From a virus: 64,000 bases of DNA. Below, piece after piece: positions 24,112 to 34,100 of the stretch (the first letter of the stretch is position 1; every line of letters starts with the position of its first letter). The stretch spans positions 32,001 through 96,000 of the IMG/VR virus record IMGVR_UViG_3300022930_000001; one strand, 5' to 3'. The position numbers were made by a program, and so were the translations under genes. A model generated the notes under the pieces. It was not told the DNA's origin. It ran no database searches and was given only the letters and a program-made list of their open reading frames with translations.

Positions 24112-24393
24112 TTATAACGATATATTGAAGAATAGATTCTTTTGTATTTTTGTAGATTTTGCAAATTCAGGTTTAATATGAAATATTTTATGCATTGCTA
24201 ATACGTTTTCAAGAATATCTTCTCTGAAAGAGGCTTCAGATGGATTTATAACTATGCGAAGCTTGTCAACTTCTTTACTTATTTTAAGTATTGCTTCAGG
24301 ATCTGCATGTGCAATAACGGCATTTAAAAACATTAAATAAAGTGCGGAATTATCAGAAATAATACCCTGTGTACCTGATAAATATACAATCAT
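24112..24393 (-). CDS. hypothetical protein
   Basis: 93 aa, coupled to the upstream stop. Confidence 0.6.
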   Translation of the reverse strand: MIVYLSGTQGIISDNSALYLMFLNAVIAHADPEAILKISKEVDKLRIVINPSEASFREDILENVLAMHKIFHIKPEFAKSTKIQKNLFFNISL

Positions 24394-24779
24394 TATTTTA
24401 CAAATTTAAGTTTATATAATGCTGTCGCTAAAGTATCTGAAATCTGGTCTATTATATTTTGAAGCCAAGATTCTTGAAATATAGTTCTATATTCTTGAAT
24501 CCATTTATATTTTTCTTCAATCATTATTAGAGGATCAATGGCGGCTTTAGATTCAGGTATTGTTATTTGTACTATTCCATAAATACCTTGATATTTTTCA
24601 ATAACAGAATCTATAGGCTCTAGAATACCTTTATATAGATCATCTAAAGCTTCATGTACAGCTAATGTTTTTGTTGGTTGTGCAAGATGTGTTAAATGAA
24701 CGGTATCTCTTATAAAAAATAAATACCCGAAGAAATCTCCGGGTGTAGTTTTCCTTTTGAAAGGTGACATATCTGCCAT
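24393..24779 (-). CDS. ferritin/Dps-like four-helix protein (DUF5856-like)
   Basis: HLTHL.....A.HEALDDLY......D..IE.YQG.YG ... LQNIID.I......YKL.F. Confidence 0.7.
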   Translation of the reverse strand: MADMSPFKRKTTPGDFFGYLFFIRDTVHLTHLAQPTKTLAVHEALDDLYKGILEPIDSVIEKYQGIYGIVQITIPESKAAIDPLIMIEEKYKWIQEYRTIFQESWLQNIIDQISDTLATALYKLKFVK

Positions 24780-25447
24780 TATTTTCTGGTTTTTATTGAA
24801 AAAATAGGTACTGCAACACCAATACCATAAACAATTTGTTTTGTAAAAGGATTATATCCTGCAATCAATGCAAAATCTAAAATAGTTCTTTGTTCTTTTA
24901 ATGTAATAGAAGATCCTTCTTTTATACTATTATAAGGCGATTTATTCTTAATATCAATTTTAAGTTCATTTTTTCTAAAAAAATGTTTCTCTACTTCAAC
25001 TACATATGTTAAAGTATCAATAGTTTTAATAGATATATCTCCTAAGTGAGTTAATTTATTATAACTAGCCTCGGCTTTAATATAATTATCTTCTTTTTTA
25101 AAAGTAATAACGGTATTTGTACTATCTACTTTTAGATTTTTAAATGATGTATCAATACTTTCTGTAAATGTTGTTACAGATTGTATTGCATTATTACCTT
25201 TTATTTGTTTTTTTAAGCCTTTTGTAGCCTCTTTAAATTCTTTATTAGATGTAACTATCTGTACAGGAATTTGTGCATGAGAATCACCCTTAGAATCGAT
25301 ATAATGAAAAACTGGTTTAAGAGTATCATTTATCTTTTTAGATTCTAGTGCATATTTATTATGAGTATTATTGAATACTATATAAATAATCAATGCACAA
25401 ATTATACCTAAAGATATTAGATTTGACTTAAACCAGTTTATAAACAT
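24779..25447 (-). CDS. N-terminally membrane-anchored protein, possibly spanin-like lysis accessory
   Basis: N-terminal TM (LISLGIICALIIYIVF) and C-terminal beta motif GYNPF...YGIGVAVPIF. Confidence 0.5.
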   Translation of the reverse strand: MFINWFKSNLISLGIICALIIYIVFNNTHNKYALESKKINDTLKPVFHYIDSKGDSHAQIPVQIVTSNKEFKEATKGLKKQIKGNNAIQSVTTFTESIDTSFKNLKVDSTNTVITFKKEDNYIKAEASYNKLTHLGDISIKTIDTLTYVVEVEKHFFRKNELKIDIKNKSPYNSIKEGSSITLKEQRTILDFALIAGYNPFTKQIVYGIGVAVPIFSIKTRK

Positions 25448-25448
25448 T

Positions 25449-25709
25449 TTATTGATTTTTATATTCTACCCTAAAGAGTCTTTCTTCATGATTATTCATT
25501 CTAATAGTCATATCAGAAACACTGTCGTTAAGGTGTTTAATTCTTTCTTCTTGCGAAGTAAGATTTCGACCTATAGTTTTTAATTCATCAACCATTACAT
25601 CTAATTTCTTTAAAACTTCAGAAGTAATGGTTTTAATAATATATGCAAGAATACCCGCCATAATAATAACTACACATGTCAAAATCCAGTTTTGTAGTGT
25701 ATAGTCCAT
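25449..25709 (-). CDS. membrane protein with coiled coil (holin-like candidate)
   Basis: One TM (WILTCVVIIMAGILAYII) followed by heptads ending HEERL.RVE. Confidence 0.5.
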   Translation of the reverse strand: MDYTLQNWILTCVVIIMAGILAYIIKTITSEVLKKLDVMVDELKTIGRNLTSQEERIKHLNDSVSDMTIRMNNHEERLFRVEYKNQ

Positions 25710-25710
25710 A

Positions 25711-26175
25711 TTATGAAAGAATTATTAAATATTGTGATGCAGGAGTACTATCAATATCTGCCGTATTAGTTGCTAATGTTATAGCACCTATAGAACTTAT
25801 TGTACCATCTCCCTGAATAACTGAAGTTGTCAATGTTCTACCTGTTGGAGTATTTACTGTAATAGAAACTTCTTCAGAAGTTTGATAAGGCAATGGAACA
25901 ACAAGATATTGACCATTAGTTAATGATCCTGTCCATGTAAATCCAGGAAAAGATATTTCAGTAATATTAGCTGAAGCTGTAGTATTTCTAAATACTATAA
26001 AGGAGCCATTTGGTTCTGTAGAACAACAATTTGTTACACACTGTGTAATATCTACCCAACGACCTATTTCACTAGGCTTTTTACGCCTCCATAGGGCACT
26101 CTGACTAATTGCAATCCCATTCGCATCTTTGCGAATGAACAACCTATCTCTGTAATTTAGGCGACTATTGCTCAT
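25711..26175 (-). CDS. putative structural protein
   Basis: Short basic N-terminal module (F.R.D.NG...RRKKP..GRW.DIT..C) plus a T/S-rich beta domain. Confidence 0.55.
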   Translation of the reverse strand: MSNSRLNYRDRLFIRKDANGIAISQSALWRRKKPSEIGRWVDITQCVTNCCSTEPNGSFIVFRNTTASANITEISFPGFTWTGSLTNGQYLVVPLPYQTSEEVSITVNTPTGRTLTTSVIQGDGTISSIGAITLATNTADIDSTPASQYLIILS

Positions 26176-26248
26176 AATTTATAAATTTATTAAGTTAAAA
26201 AAAGAATATTTATTTAGAGTTAAATATTCAAACTTCTCCTTAAAATAA

Positions 26249-26725
26249 TTATGCTGCTACTGCGGCAATTACTGCAAAATTTATAGCTACTGCTTCACCT
26301 GCAGTAGAACCTATATTTGTTACTGTAATCTGACATGAACCTGCTGCTGTAGCAGTTATAGCTGCAGTATAAAGACCTGTTGTAGCACCAGATTTAACTG
26401 CAAGAGCTACAACATCTGTAGCTGCAATTGTAGAGTTAGTTAATGTAAACGATACTGAAGCTGCACCTGCAAGAGATGCATTATTCATTGTTATAGTACC
26501 ACTATTAGTATTAAGTGTTACACCTGTTGATTTACTGGTAAGCTGAGTTACTGCACCACCTGCTCCTGTAGCAAAACCAAAATTTGCTGTCGGAGAACTT
26601 GTTGTCATTGTACCTGTTGCTACTACTGATGCAGGAGTTAGTGCAAGTGTTGCTCCACCTGTCATTTCTGTCCTCTTTATATATTCATCTATAAGAGGAA
26701 AATTTACGTTTGCTGCTGTCGCCAT
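26249..26725 (-). CDS. putative structural/decoration protein
   Basis: A/T/G-rich beta sequence GAGGAVTQLTSKSTGVTLN...GTITMNNASLA. Confidence 0.6.
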   Translation of the reverse strand: MATAANVNFPLIDEYIKRTEMTGGATLALTPASVVATGTMTTSSPTANFGFATGAGGAVTQLTSKSTGVTLNTNSGTITMNNASLAGAASVSFTLTNSTIAATDVVALAVKSGATTGLYTAAITATAAGSCQITVTNIGSTAGEAVAINFAVIAAVAA

Positions 26726-26726
26726 T

Positions 26727-27143
26727 TTAATTTATTTTTAATTTTTGTTTAAATTTATATATATTTTTAATTATCCAACCTAATACAAAGACACATACAG
26801 TAACTGAACCAATATGCCAACCATTAGGATGTATAAATTCATCAATAAGTTTACCACATGCAAGAGCAAGTATTGTTTTACTTGTAATATGTAGTATGAA
26901 TATTGGACTACTATTTTTGTGTGTTTCTATTAAATATATAGATATATACGTAAGACCTAATCCAATACATATCCAGGATAAATCCCAAGCTAAAAAATAT
27001 ATTAAATCGTTAATATTCATTGTTGGACTCCAAGGCCAATTTCTAGCTACTGTCCACCATTCTGATTCTCCCCTTATATTTGTACAAAAATCAATAGGTA
27101 AAGCCAAAAGAATAAAAACTAATGCAATATATATTTTTTTCAT
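26727..27143 (-). CDS. multi-pass membrane protein
   Basis: Three to four hydrophobic segments. Confidence 0.6.
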   Translation of the reverse strand: MKKIYIALVFILLALPIDFCTNIRGESEWWTVARNWPWSPTMNINDLIYFLAWDLSWICIGLGLTYISIYLIETHKNSSPIFILHITSKTILALACGKLIDEFIHPNGWHIGSVTVCVFVLGWIIKNIYKFKQKLKIN

Positions 27144-27147
27144 TTAC

Positions 27148-27450
27148 TTAACTTTTTGGACGATGGATTCGATGACCTCCAAACAAATGATATGTTTCAA
27201 AATCATTTATTTTAGGGCGATATATTCCTGTACCAGAATTATTTGCAGATATAATACATTGTTCTCCATTAATTCGTATCATACAGAATTTTTCAACACC
27301 AAAAGTATCTTTTTCTATAAAACATATTGAAGGAAACATTAGACAAAGATCTGTTGCTTTAACTCCATTTGTTGAAAGTCCTAAAAAAACATCAATAAGA
27401 TCATTATCAAAATCTATAAGTTCAATAGAACTCATTATTATATTTTTCAT
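27148..27450 (-). CDS. hypothetical protein
   Basis: 100-aa ORF in the minus-strand run. Confidence 0.55.
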   Translation of the reverse strand: MKNIIMSSIELIDFDNDLIDVFLGLSTNGVKATDLCLMFPSICFIEKDTFGVEKFCMIRINGEQCIISANNSGTGIYRPKINDFETYHLFGGHRIHRPKS

Positions 27451-27456
27451 TATTTA

Positions 27457-27642
27457 TTATTTAATAACTATTATTTGTGATTTCCATAAATAATTATATA
27501 AACTATCTTTTTGTAAACTATCAATGTTGTTTACTTTATAAGATAATATATTAATTGAATGGGATTTTGCTTTAGACGAAGTGATTATGTAAGTAAATAT
27601 TAAACATAATATAACACATACATTAAAAATAGTAACCTTCAT
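27457..27642 (-). CDS. small secreted or membrane-anchored protein
   Basis: 61 aa with a signal-like hydrophobic N-terminus. Confidence 0.5.
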   Translation of the reverse strand: MKVTIFNVCVILCLIFTYIITSSKAKSHSINILSYKVNNIDSLQKDSLYNYLWKSQIIVIK

Positions 27643-27653
27643 AATTTATTTTA

Positions 27654-28037
27654 TTATGCAGATATAGATTGTATAATAACTCTATTTAACCCATCGCTTA
27701 TAGTGCCGGGAACAGTAAATACAAAATCCATATCTAAAGTATCTGAAGCATTCATATTTATATTAGATCCTAAAGGATAATTAATACTCGTATCTCCGCC
27801 ATCCATTGATACATCTACAGATCCTTTAATTACAGAAAAACTAATACTTTTATAGGTATTAGCATTTAATGTTAAAGTTTCAGTAGAAACAAGATCATGT
27901 TGTTCTGGAGTATTTGCTACAGTTCCACCTCCACCACTATTTGTATCTACAGCATTGATAAGCATACGTTGAAAACGTAATTGTTTAGCAAGCCATTGGG
28001 ATTCAGGAGTAAGTATATTTGGAGTAGAATATGACAT
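27654..28037 (-). CDS. putative structural protein
   Basis: Track start 28055 lies inside the promoter -7 box, so ATG 28037 (MSYSTPN) is preferred. SGGGG linker plus a beta domain. Confidence 0.6.
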   Translation of the reverse strand: MSYSTPNILTPESQWLAKQLRFQRMLINAVDTNSGGGGTVANTPEQHDLVSTETLTLNANTYKSISFSVIKGSVDVSMDGGDTSINYPLGSNINMNASDTLDMDFVFTVPGTISDGLNRVIIQSISA

Positions 28038-28052
28038 ATTAAAATATTTGCA

Positions 28053-28084
28053 CAAATATAAATAAAAAACAGCAAATTACCAAC
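28053..28084 (-). promoter_or_regulatory. Bacteroidota-type promoter
   Basis: On the reverse strand: GTTG (28084-81), 20 nt, TATATTTG (28060-53). Confidence 0.55.
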
Positions 28085-28137
28085 AAATAAAGAAATATTT
28101 ATTAATGTATCTAATTATATTTGTTTATAATAGAGCA

Positions 28138-28365
28138 TTAGTTAAAAACTTCATCTGTCAATTCAATTATTTCTATTGATGGAAAATCAACATCGAATTC
28201 GTCTTTAAAATAATCGTAAAGCCATGCTACAGAAACTCTAATTCTAATATTATTTTCATTATAATATGCTCCTGATGTAAATACAACAAAATCATTTATC
28301 GATGATGTTTTATTTGCCATTTTTAAAGCGAAATCTCGATTTATTATTATATATTGTCTTTTCAT
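28138..28365 (-). CDS. hypothetical protein (possible fibre chaperone)
   Basis: 75 aa, directly after the tail-fibre genes. Confidence 0.55.
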   Translation of the reverse strand: MKRQYIIINRDFALKMANKTSSINDFVVFTSGAYYNENNIRIRVSVAWLYDYFKDEFDVDFPSIEIIELTDEVFN

Positions 28366-28368
28366 AAA

Positions 28369-29097
28369 TTACATAAATAAGAAAAAATTACTATTATTAG
28401 TATTTGCAGTTGCTGCGGCCTTAATACTCATTATTACAGTAGTTGCTTTAGTATTACCTCCAAACGTCCATAAAGGATTTGTTGCAGTAGCTGTAGTTTG
28501 AATAATGTATCCTACACCACCACCTAATCGAACATTCGCAACAGCATTTGTAGTAGTACTCGGACTTGTTGTATTATAACCACCAGATATAGTAGGAGCA
28601 ACTGCAGTAGTTTGATAATTTTGACATACCATTGCAATTACAATTTGATTGTTTGTTGTAGGAGTAATACTTCCTGCGGCTAAAGAACCAACAGTAGTTG
28701 CTCCAGTGGTAGTAGCAACAGATAATTGATCTACAAATCCAACCGTATCTACTCCTGAAAGTGCAATTACCACTTGTGTCATTACATCACTTGTCTTAAG
28801 CATTGTAAATGTGTGTGTAGCACTAGTAGTAGGATTTAAACAATAATAAATACCTACTCGTGTTACTGTGCCGTCGTTATCGGCAGGTCTTACTAAAGTC
28901 CATATATTCAAAGAACTATCATAAGGAGGAGAAGAGGTGCTAGGGCCACCTGTAGGAGGTAATACACCAGATGCCTGATTATCACAAATAATACGTATAA
29001 TGCAATTAGCCCCTATTGTACTCATTGCTGTAGTTGTTGTTGATAATCCGGGGCCGGTAGTAGCAGAAAGAACTTTATTTATAACTGTAATTGCCAT
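28369..29097 (-). CDS. tail fibre/adhesin-like beta protein
   Basis: T/A/G-rich beta sequence with a C-terminal NFFLFM docking-like motif. Confidence 0.6.
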   Translation of the reverse strand: MAITVINKVLSATTGPGLSTTTTAMSTIGANCIIRIICDNQASGVLPPTGGPSTSSPPYDSSLNIWTLVRPADNDGTVTRVGIYYCLNPTTSATHTFTMLKTSDVMTQVVIALSGVDTVGFVDQLSVATTTGATTVGSLAAGSITPTTNNQIVIAMVCQNYQTTAVAPTISGGYNTTSPSTTTNAVANVRLGGGVGYIIQTTATATNPLWTFGGNTKATTVIMSIKAAATANTNNSNFFLFM

Positions 29098-29099
29098 AA

Positions 29100-29852
29100 T
29101 TAAAAATTATTTAAAAATGCGAGTAAATACCAATTTGTACCACTATATCTAAGACCTAACCACATTGTCTTGTTTGCAATAGTACTTGTAGGTAATGCTA
29201 AATTAGATGAAACACTAATTCCAGAAAAAGATAGTGCATGTGATCCTGAATCACTTGTAATTTTTATTACTAAATCTTGTCCGTCAGTAGGTGTACCTGT
29301 TATTGAAATTGAATCATTAGTTGCAAGTGCAGTAATATTCCATTGATCAAATAAATTACTATTTATACTTGTAGAAGTATTTGTAGTTTCAGTTCCAATT
29401 CTTTTTGTAATTCTTTTATTTGTTAAAGTATTGGTAGAAGTTGTAGTAATATAACCTGAAAGATCTGGTTTATTTAATATTTGAGATAATCCAGATATAG
29501 AATTCCAGTCAGCATTTACTTGTGTAGGTACTGTTGAACCTGACATTTGATATGTCGTTCCATCATAAATCACAAGATTACCTGCAGAATAATTAACATT
29601 ACCTGCACCTAAATTTTGTATACCTCCTGTAGATACAATATACATATCTCCATTAGTACCAGTACCATTTTGAAGATGTGGAGAACCTCCTGCAGCAACA
29701 GACGCATCCCAAGTACCTTTATATGTTAATACTGATATAGGTATTTGTGCAATAGGTACTTTTGTATTGTTATCTAATGTTGCAACACCATTTGCAACTC
29801 CTTTTTGTGCTAAAGATATACTTGGCACAATATAGATTGATTCTGAACTCAT
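29100..29852 (-). CDS. tail fibre protein
   Basis: KGVANGVATLD...KVP..Q.P, YKGTWDAS, QVNADWN..SG..QILNKP are common fibre motifs. The C-terminal domain is paralogous to that of 29863..31173. Confidence 0.75.
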   Translation of the reverse strand: MSSESIYIVPSISLAQKGVANGVATLDNNTKVPIAQIPISVLTYKGTWDASVAAGGSPHLQNGTGTNGDMYIVSTGGIQNLGAGNVNYSAGNLVIYDGTTYQMSGSTVPTQVNADWNSISGLSQILNKPDLSGYITTTSTNTLTNKRITKRIGTETTNTSTSINSNLFDQWNITALATNDSISITGTPTDGQDLVIKITSDSGSHALSFSGISVSSNLALPTSTIANKTMWLGLRYSGTNWYLLAFLNNF

Positions 29853-29862
29853 TTATTTTAGT

Positions 29863-31173
29863 TTAAATATTGTTTAATAATGCTAATAAATCCCATTTAG
29901 TATCTGTTAAATTATATATAAATCCCAGATATAAAGTTTTACTTAAAATAGTAGTAGTAGGTAACGCTAAATCAGTAGAAGCTCGAAATATAGAATTCCA
30001 CGTTAAAGCTCTTGCTGTACCATTATCTTTTATTCTAATAATTAATTTTTGTCCTTGATATAGTGTACCTGTAGGTGCTGCAATTGTTAAACCTGCAGCC
30101 TGTGCTGTTAAAATATAAATATCTGTTATATCTGCATTTATTGTTAAAGTAGCTGTAGAAGTAGTACTAACAACTAATGGTTGATGCCTATCTACATAAT
30201 TTGTAGATGCTATTTTAGAACTATTATCTCCCTGTGAAGGAGGTGATGCTAAAGTAGGACTACCCGTTAAACTTACAGATGCTTTTATAGTAGGATTTGG
30301 ATATGTTCCTGTTAAATCTCCACCTGCAGTTCCTGAAGGTGGTAATGATGTAGGCCCACCTGTAACTAAACTGTAGGGTACTGATCCTGCAATTAATGTT
30401 CCAATAGTAGTTAATGAGGATGTAATTATAGAACTATTTAACGTAGTTCCAGTTAATGTATTTGCAGCAGCGGTAATGGTAATATTATTTGTACCATCAA
30501 AACTAGTACCATTTATTGTTCTTGCTGTTTGTAATTTTGGAGCAGATACAATAGTTATTATAGGTGTTGTAGTACTTGTCGCAATAGTAGCCGTTGTTAC
30601 ATCTGCAGATGTAACAGAAGTTACAGTACCTGTATTAGAAGTATAACCATTTGGGTTACTTGCTAAATAATAAGTACTATTATCGTAACTTATTGTACTA
30701 CCTGTAATTTTTACAAAGCCTGTGCCTGATAATGCATTTTGTTTAGTATTAAATGTATTCCAATCTGTCGAAGTTAAATAACCATTTTGAACAGCATTTG
30801 CAGCTTGAGAACTTATTATTCCTGAACCACTATTAAAAAATATTGGAGATACTGCACTAATTGAAGCCAATGTTGGCCCTGTGTTTGTTATTGTAAAATT
30901 AGGATAAGTTCCTGTTACAGATATTCCTGTTCCATTAGTTATAGATACTATTTGATCAGGTGCGGTATTTATAATTGTACCTACACCAGTAATAGGATTA
31001 GGAGTAGCAGAAAGACCTGTTCCTGCGGTTATCGACAGTACAGTACCCGTACCTACAGGCAGATCTGCAAGTACGAGTTTACGTGCTTCTAATGGCCCAG
31101 AATAACCATCTGGTGTGGCAAAAACTAAATTAGGTTTTGGAGTTGGTGTAAATAAACTAGGATATGTTGTCAT
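29863..31173 (-). CDS. tail fibre protein
   Basis: GTGTVLSITAGTGLS, GYLTSTDWNTFN.KQ, KLQTARTING.SFDGT.NI, AGGDLTGTYPNPT, IAST.YV repeats. Confidence 0.8.
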   Translation of the reverse strand: MTTYPSLFTPTPKPNLVFATPDGYSGPLEARKLVLADLPVGTGTVLSITAGTGLSATPNPITGVGTIINTAPDQIVSITNGTGISVTGTYPNFTITNTGPTLASISAVSPIFFNSGSGIISSQAANAVQNGYLTSTDWNTFNTKQNALSGTGFVKITGSTISYDNSTYYLASNPNGYTSNTGTVTSVTSADVTTATIATSTTTPIITIVSAPKLQTARTINGTSFDGTNNITITAAANTLTGTTLNSSIITSSLTTIGTLIAGSVPYSLVTGGPTSLPPSGTAGGDLTGTYPNPTIKASVSLTGSPTLASPPSQGDNSSKIASTNYVDRHQPLVVSTTSTATLTINADITDIYILTAQAAGLTIAAPTGTLYQGQKLIIRIKDNGTARALTWNSIFRASTDLALPTTTILSKTLYLGFIYNLTDTKWDLLALLNNI

Positions 31174-34100
31174 TATCTACCTGCTTTTGAATTAATAACT
31201 ATTCCCATTTCTTGTGCTGCTTCAGGTTCAAATATTGCAATATAATTAAGCATTTCTTTAGTTACAGGAAAAGTTTTCATTATATATTTTACTGGATGTG
31301 TAGAGTCAACTAAATCCTGATCACCAATAGTATATCCAAATATTTCTGTTGCTAAATTTGTAAATATTTTAGTTATATCTGAAAGTACTCCCAGACCCGG
31401 AAATATTCCTCCAGATAATATATGCTGAAGAGACATCGGATTATAATAAAATGACATTTCCTGAGTTATATTATCCATTGTACGTAAATAATAACCATAT
31501 GCTGCCTTAGTTGTTTTATCTTCATCATCTTCTGGTGCAAAATATTTCGCAGCTAAAAACATCGAAATAAGACCTAGAACAAGTAATGTATCCTTTACTT
31601 GTGATCTAAGATTTTGACGAACTAAATCATAAAATTCAGCTTCAGTCATTTCTAACTGTTTATTATTTTTTTCAAAATAATCTTTTTTCTTTTGTTCATA
31701 TAGTTTTTGCAATCCATTAATACCATCTTTAGTAGCATAAACAGTATCATATATTTTCTTTATATTGGGTAATAAATTCCAAGAAAAATATCGAATTGCC
31801 ATACGCATTTTACCCCATTCATAAGAATCAGTTCCTGCTATATAACTTAATGGTTGTGCTCTTTGATAAATAAGATTAGGAACCCAGTTTTTAAACATCA
31901 TAAAAGATCTACCTAGAATAGTAAAACGTATTTGACTTTCATCGTTAGGTGATATATTGCCCGCTGCACGTTTACCTATTTGTTGAACTAATGAACGATA
32001 TTTATGAATTGATTCTTCTGTTGCGTCACCTATTTTAAATTTACCATCTACTACATTCGCTTTTTTAGCTACTCCAAATTGTTCTTTAAGTTCTTTTACT
32101 TTATTATCAAAATCTTTTTCTAATTTTCTGCTATCTGCTTCAGATAGATTATATCTATTTTGATATTCTTTAGTAGAAGCATAGTACGCTCTTGCATTTA
32201 CTAGTTTTTTATCTATAACTATTGCATTATCCATCATAGCTAAGAAGTTAGCATATTGAACAACACTATCTGCATTACGCATTATAGACATTATCAGATC
32301 TGAAGCCGAATGTTTAGTAAGATTAGAAAGTGACATATTATTCATCATCCTTTGTAATGATTCATCTCCAAGAGGTAAAAATGTTTTCATCATTGCAAGA
32401 TGTACATTTTCCTTATCTCCTATAAATTTATGAGTTGCAAATTTCCATTCTGCAGCAAAAAACTCTGATTTATTATAATATTTACCTTCTGTGACAAATG
32501 CTTGAAAATTACCACCCATAAACTGTGCAATAGAAGAAGCTACATTTAAACCAAGTGTTTTCATAGTAAACATTCTATTACCTGCATCGATTACTTTTAC
32601 TAAAGATAAATTTCGAGTTTTAATTTCATCTGATACTTTGGGTAAAGTTGTACCAAATCTATTATTCATAGTTTCAGCAATACTATTCCATTTATTGGCA
32701 ATACCCTCTCCAACTTTTCCTAATAATACATCTGATGATTCTGAAGTAATATATTTTTGACCATAAAGATTATTTTTTATATAATTCTTTAAGAATTTAG
32801 AATTTACTTCATTAGATTCATTTGGAAATTGCAAAGCATCTTTAATAAGATTACCATATTGATTTATTTGTAAAGATTGTTTATTTTTTTCTACAAAATA
32901 AAGTGCATTTGCAAGTCCTTCTACATTTTTCTTATTTTCATATTCTACTACTTGTTTAGTATAAATTGCAAGATTTTTAAATATATCGTCTGATACATTA
33001 GAATAATCTTGATAAGAATTACCATCTTTATCTATTTTTGCTTGAGATATATCTGAAGTAAAATATTTAGGAATAGTATCTTCTATTTCACCTGTTAATG
33101 GATTAAAATTACCATATCCAACAGATTCATCATCTATTGATAAACTCGAAATTAAACTTTCTATAGGATTAAAACTTCCACCAAACACAAATTTTTCAGC
33201 AATAATTTTTCTAATAAAAGGTAAAAAGTTTTTATACTTTTGTGCTGTTAAATATTCTGATTCTTTTGCTTTAGTATTTATTTCTAATGCATAATTATAT
33301 AAAGCAAGAACTGATTCATTTTTTTGAAGTTCTTGATATTCTTTACTTAACCATTTATCCGTAGGAAATTGACGAAGACCTATTAAGTTAGTATAAGGAA
33401 CATTTGAATTAAGATTTGTGATATATTCTAAATCAAGTTTCGCTTTTGTTTTAGCGTTAGCTTGTTCTTCCTTATCTCCTAAATATGTAGATTCATCAAT
33501 TTGTTTAATTTTATTTGCTTTATAATCGTTAATCCATTTTTCAAATTTTACAACATCAATATTTGCCTTAATCCACTTATAATCTTTAGCTTCAATTTTA
33601 TTTTTTAATTCTTTATAAAATTCAGAACTATATTTATCTATAAGTTGATTGACACCTTTACCACTTACTTGTTTTTCAATAAGTTTTTTATAATCAGAAA
33701 TTTTTAATCTTTTAGATTTATAAGATTCTTTTAAATCTTTTTCTATTTGAATTAAACGTTCAACATAATCTTGTGTTTGTAATTCTGTTTTATTTCGGAA
33801 TTCTTCTGCGATTAACCAATATGTTTGTACTGCTTTAGTAGGTGCTGAAGATAATGTTCTAAAATTTCTATCTACAGTATTTACAGATTTTTCTGCTTCT
33901 AATAAATCTCTAATATTTCTTTTTTCAGATATATATTTAGAAGTAAATTTATTAAATATTAATTTAACATTTTTACTGGCACTTCTTGCTTCGGCAGCCA
34001 ATTGTTTGATATCTTTAAGATCATCTTTATGTTTGTCTAAATTTTCTTTAAAAAAATCTTCAAAATAAAGATCAATATCTTTGTATATTTCTAAAGCTTC

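Noticed and set aside
29100-31173. Diversity-generating retroelement suggested by similar fibre C-termini
   Set aside because: The similarity is at protein level and not adenine-specific. No reverse transcriptase or near-identical template repeat was seen in the window.
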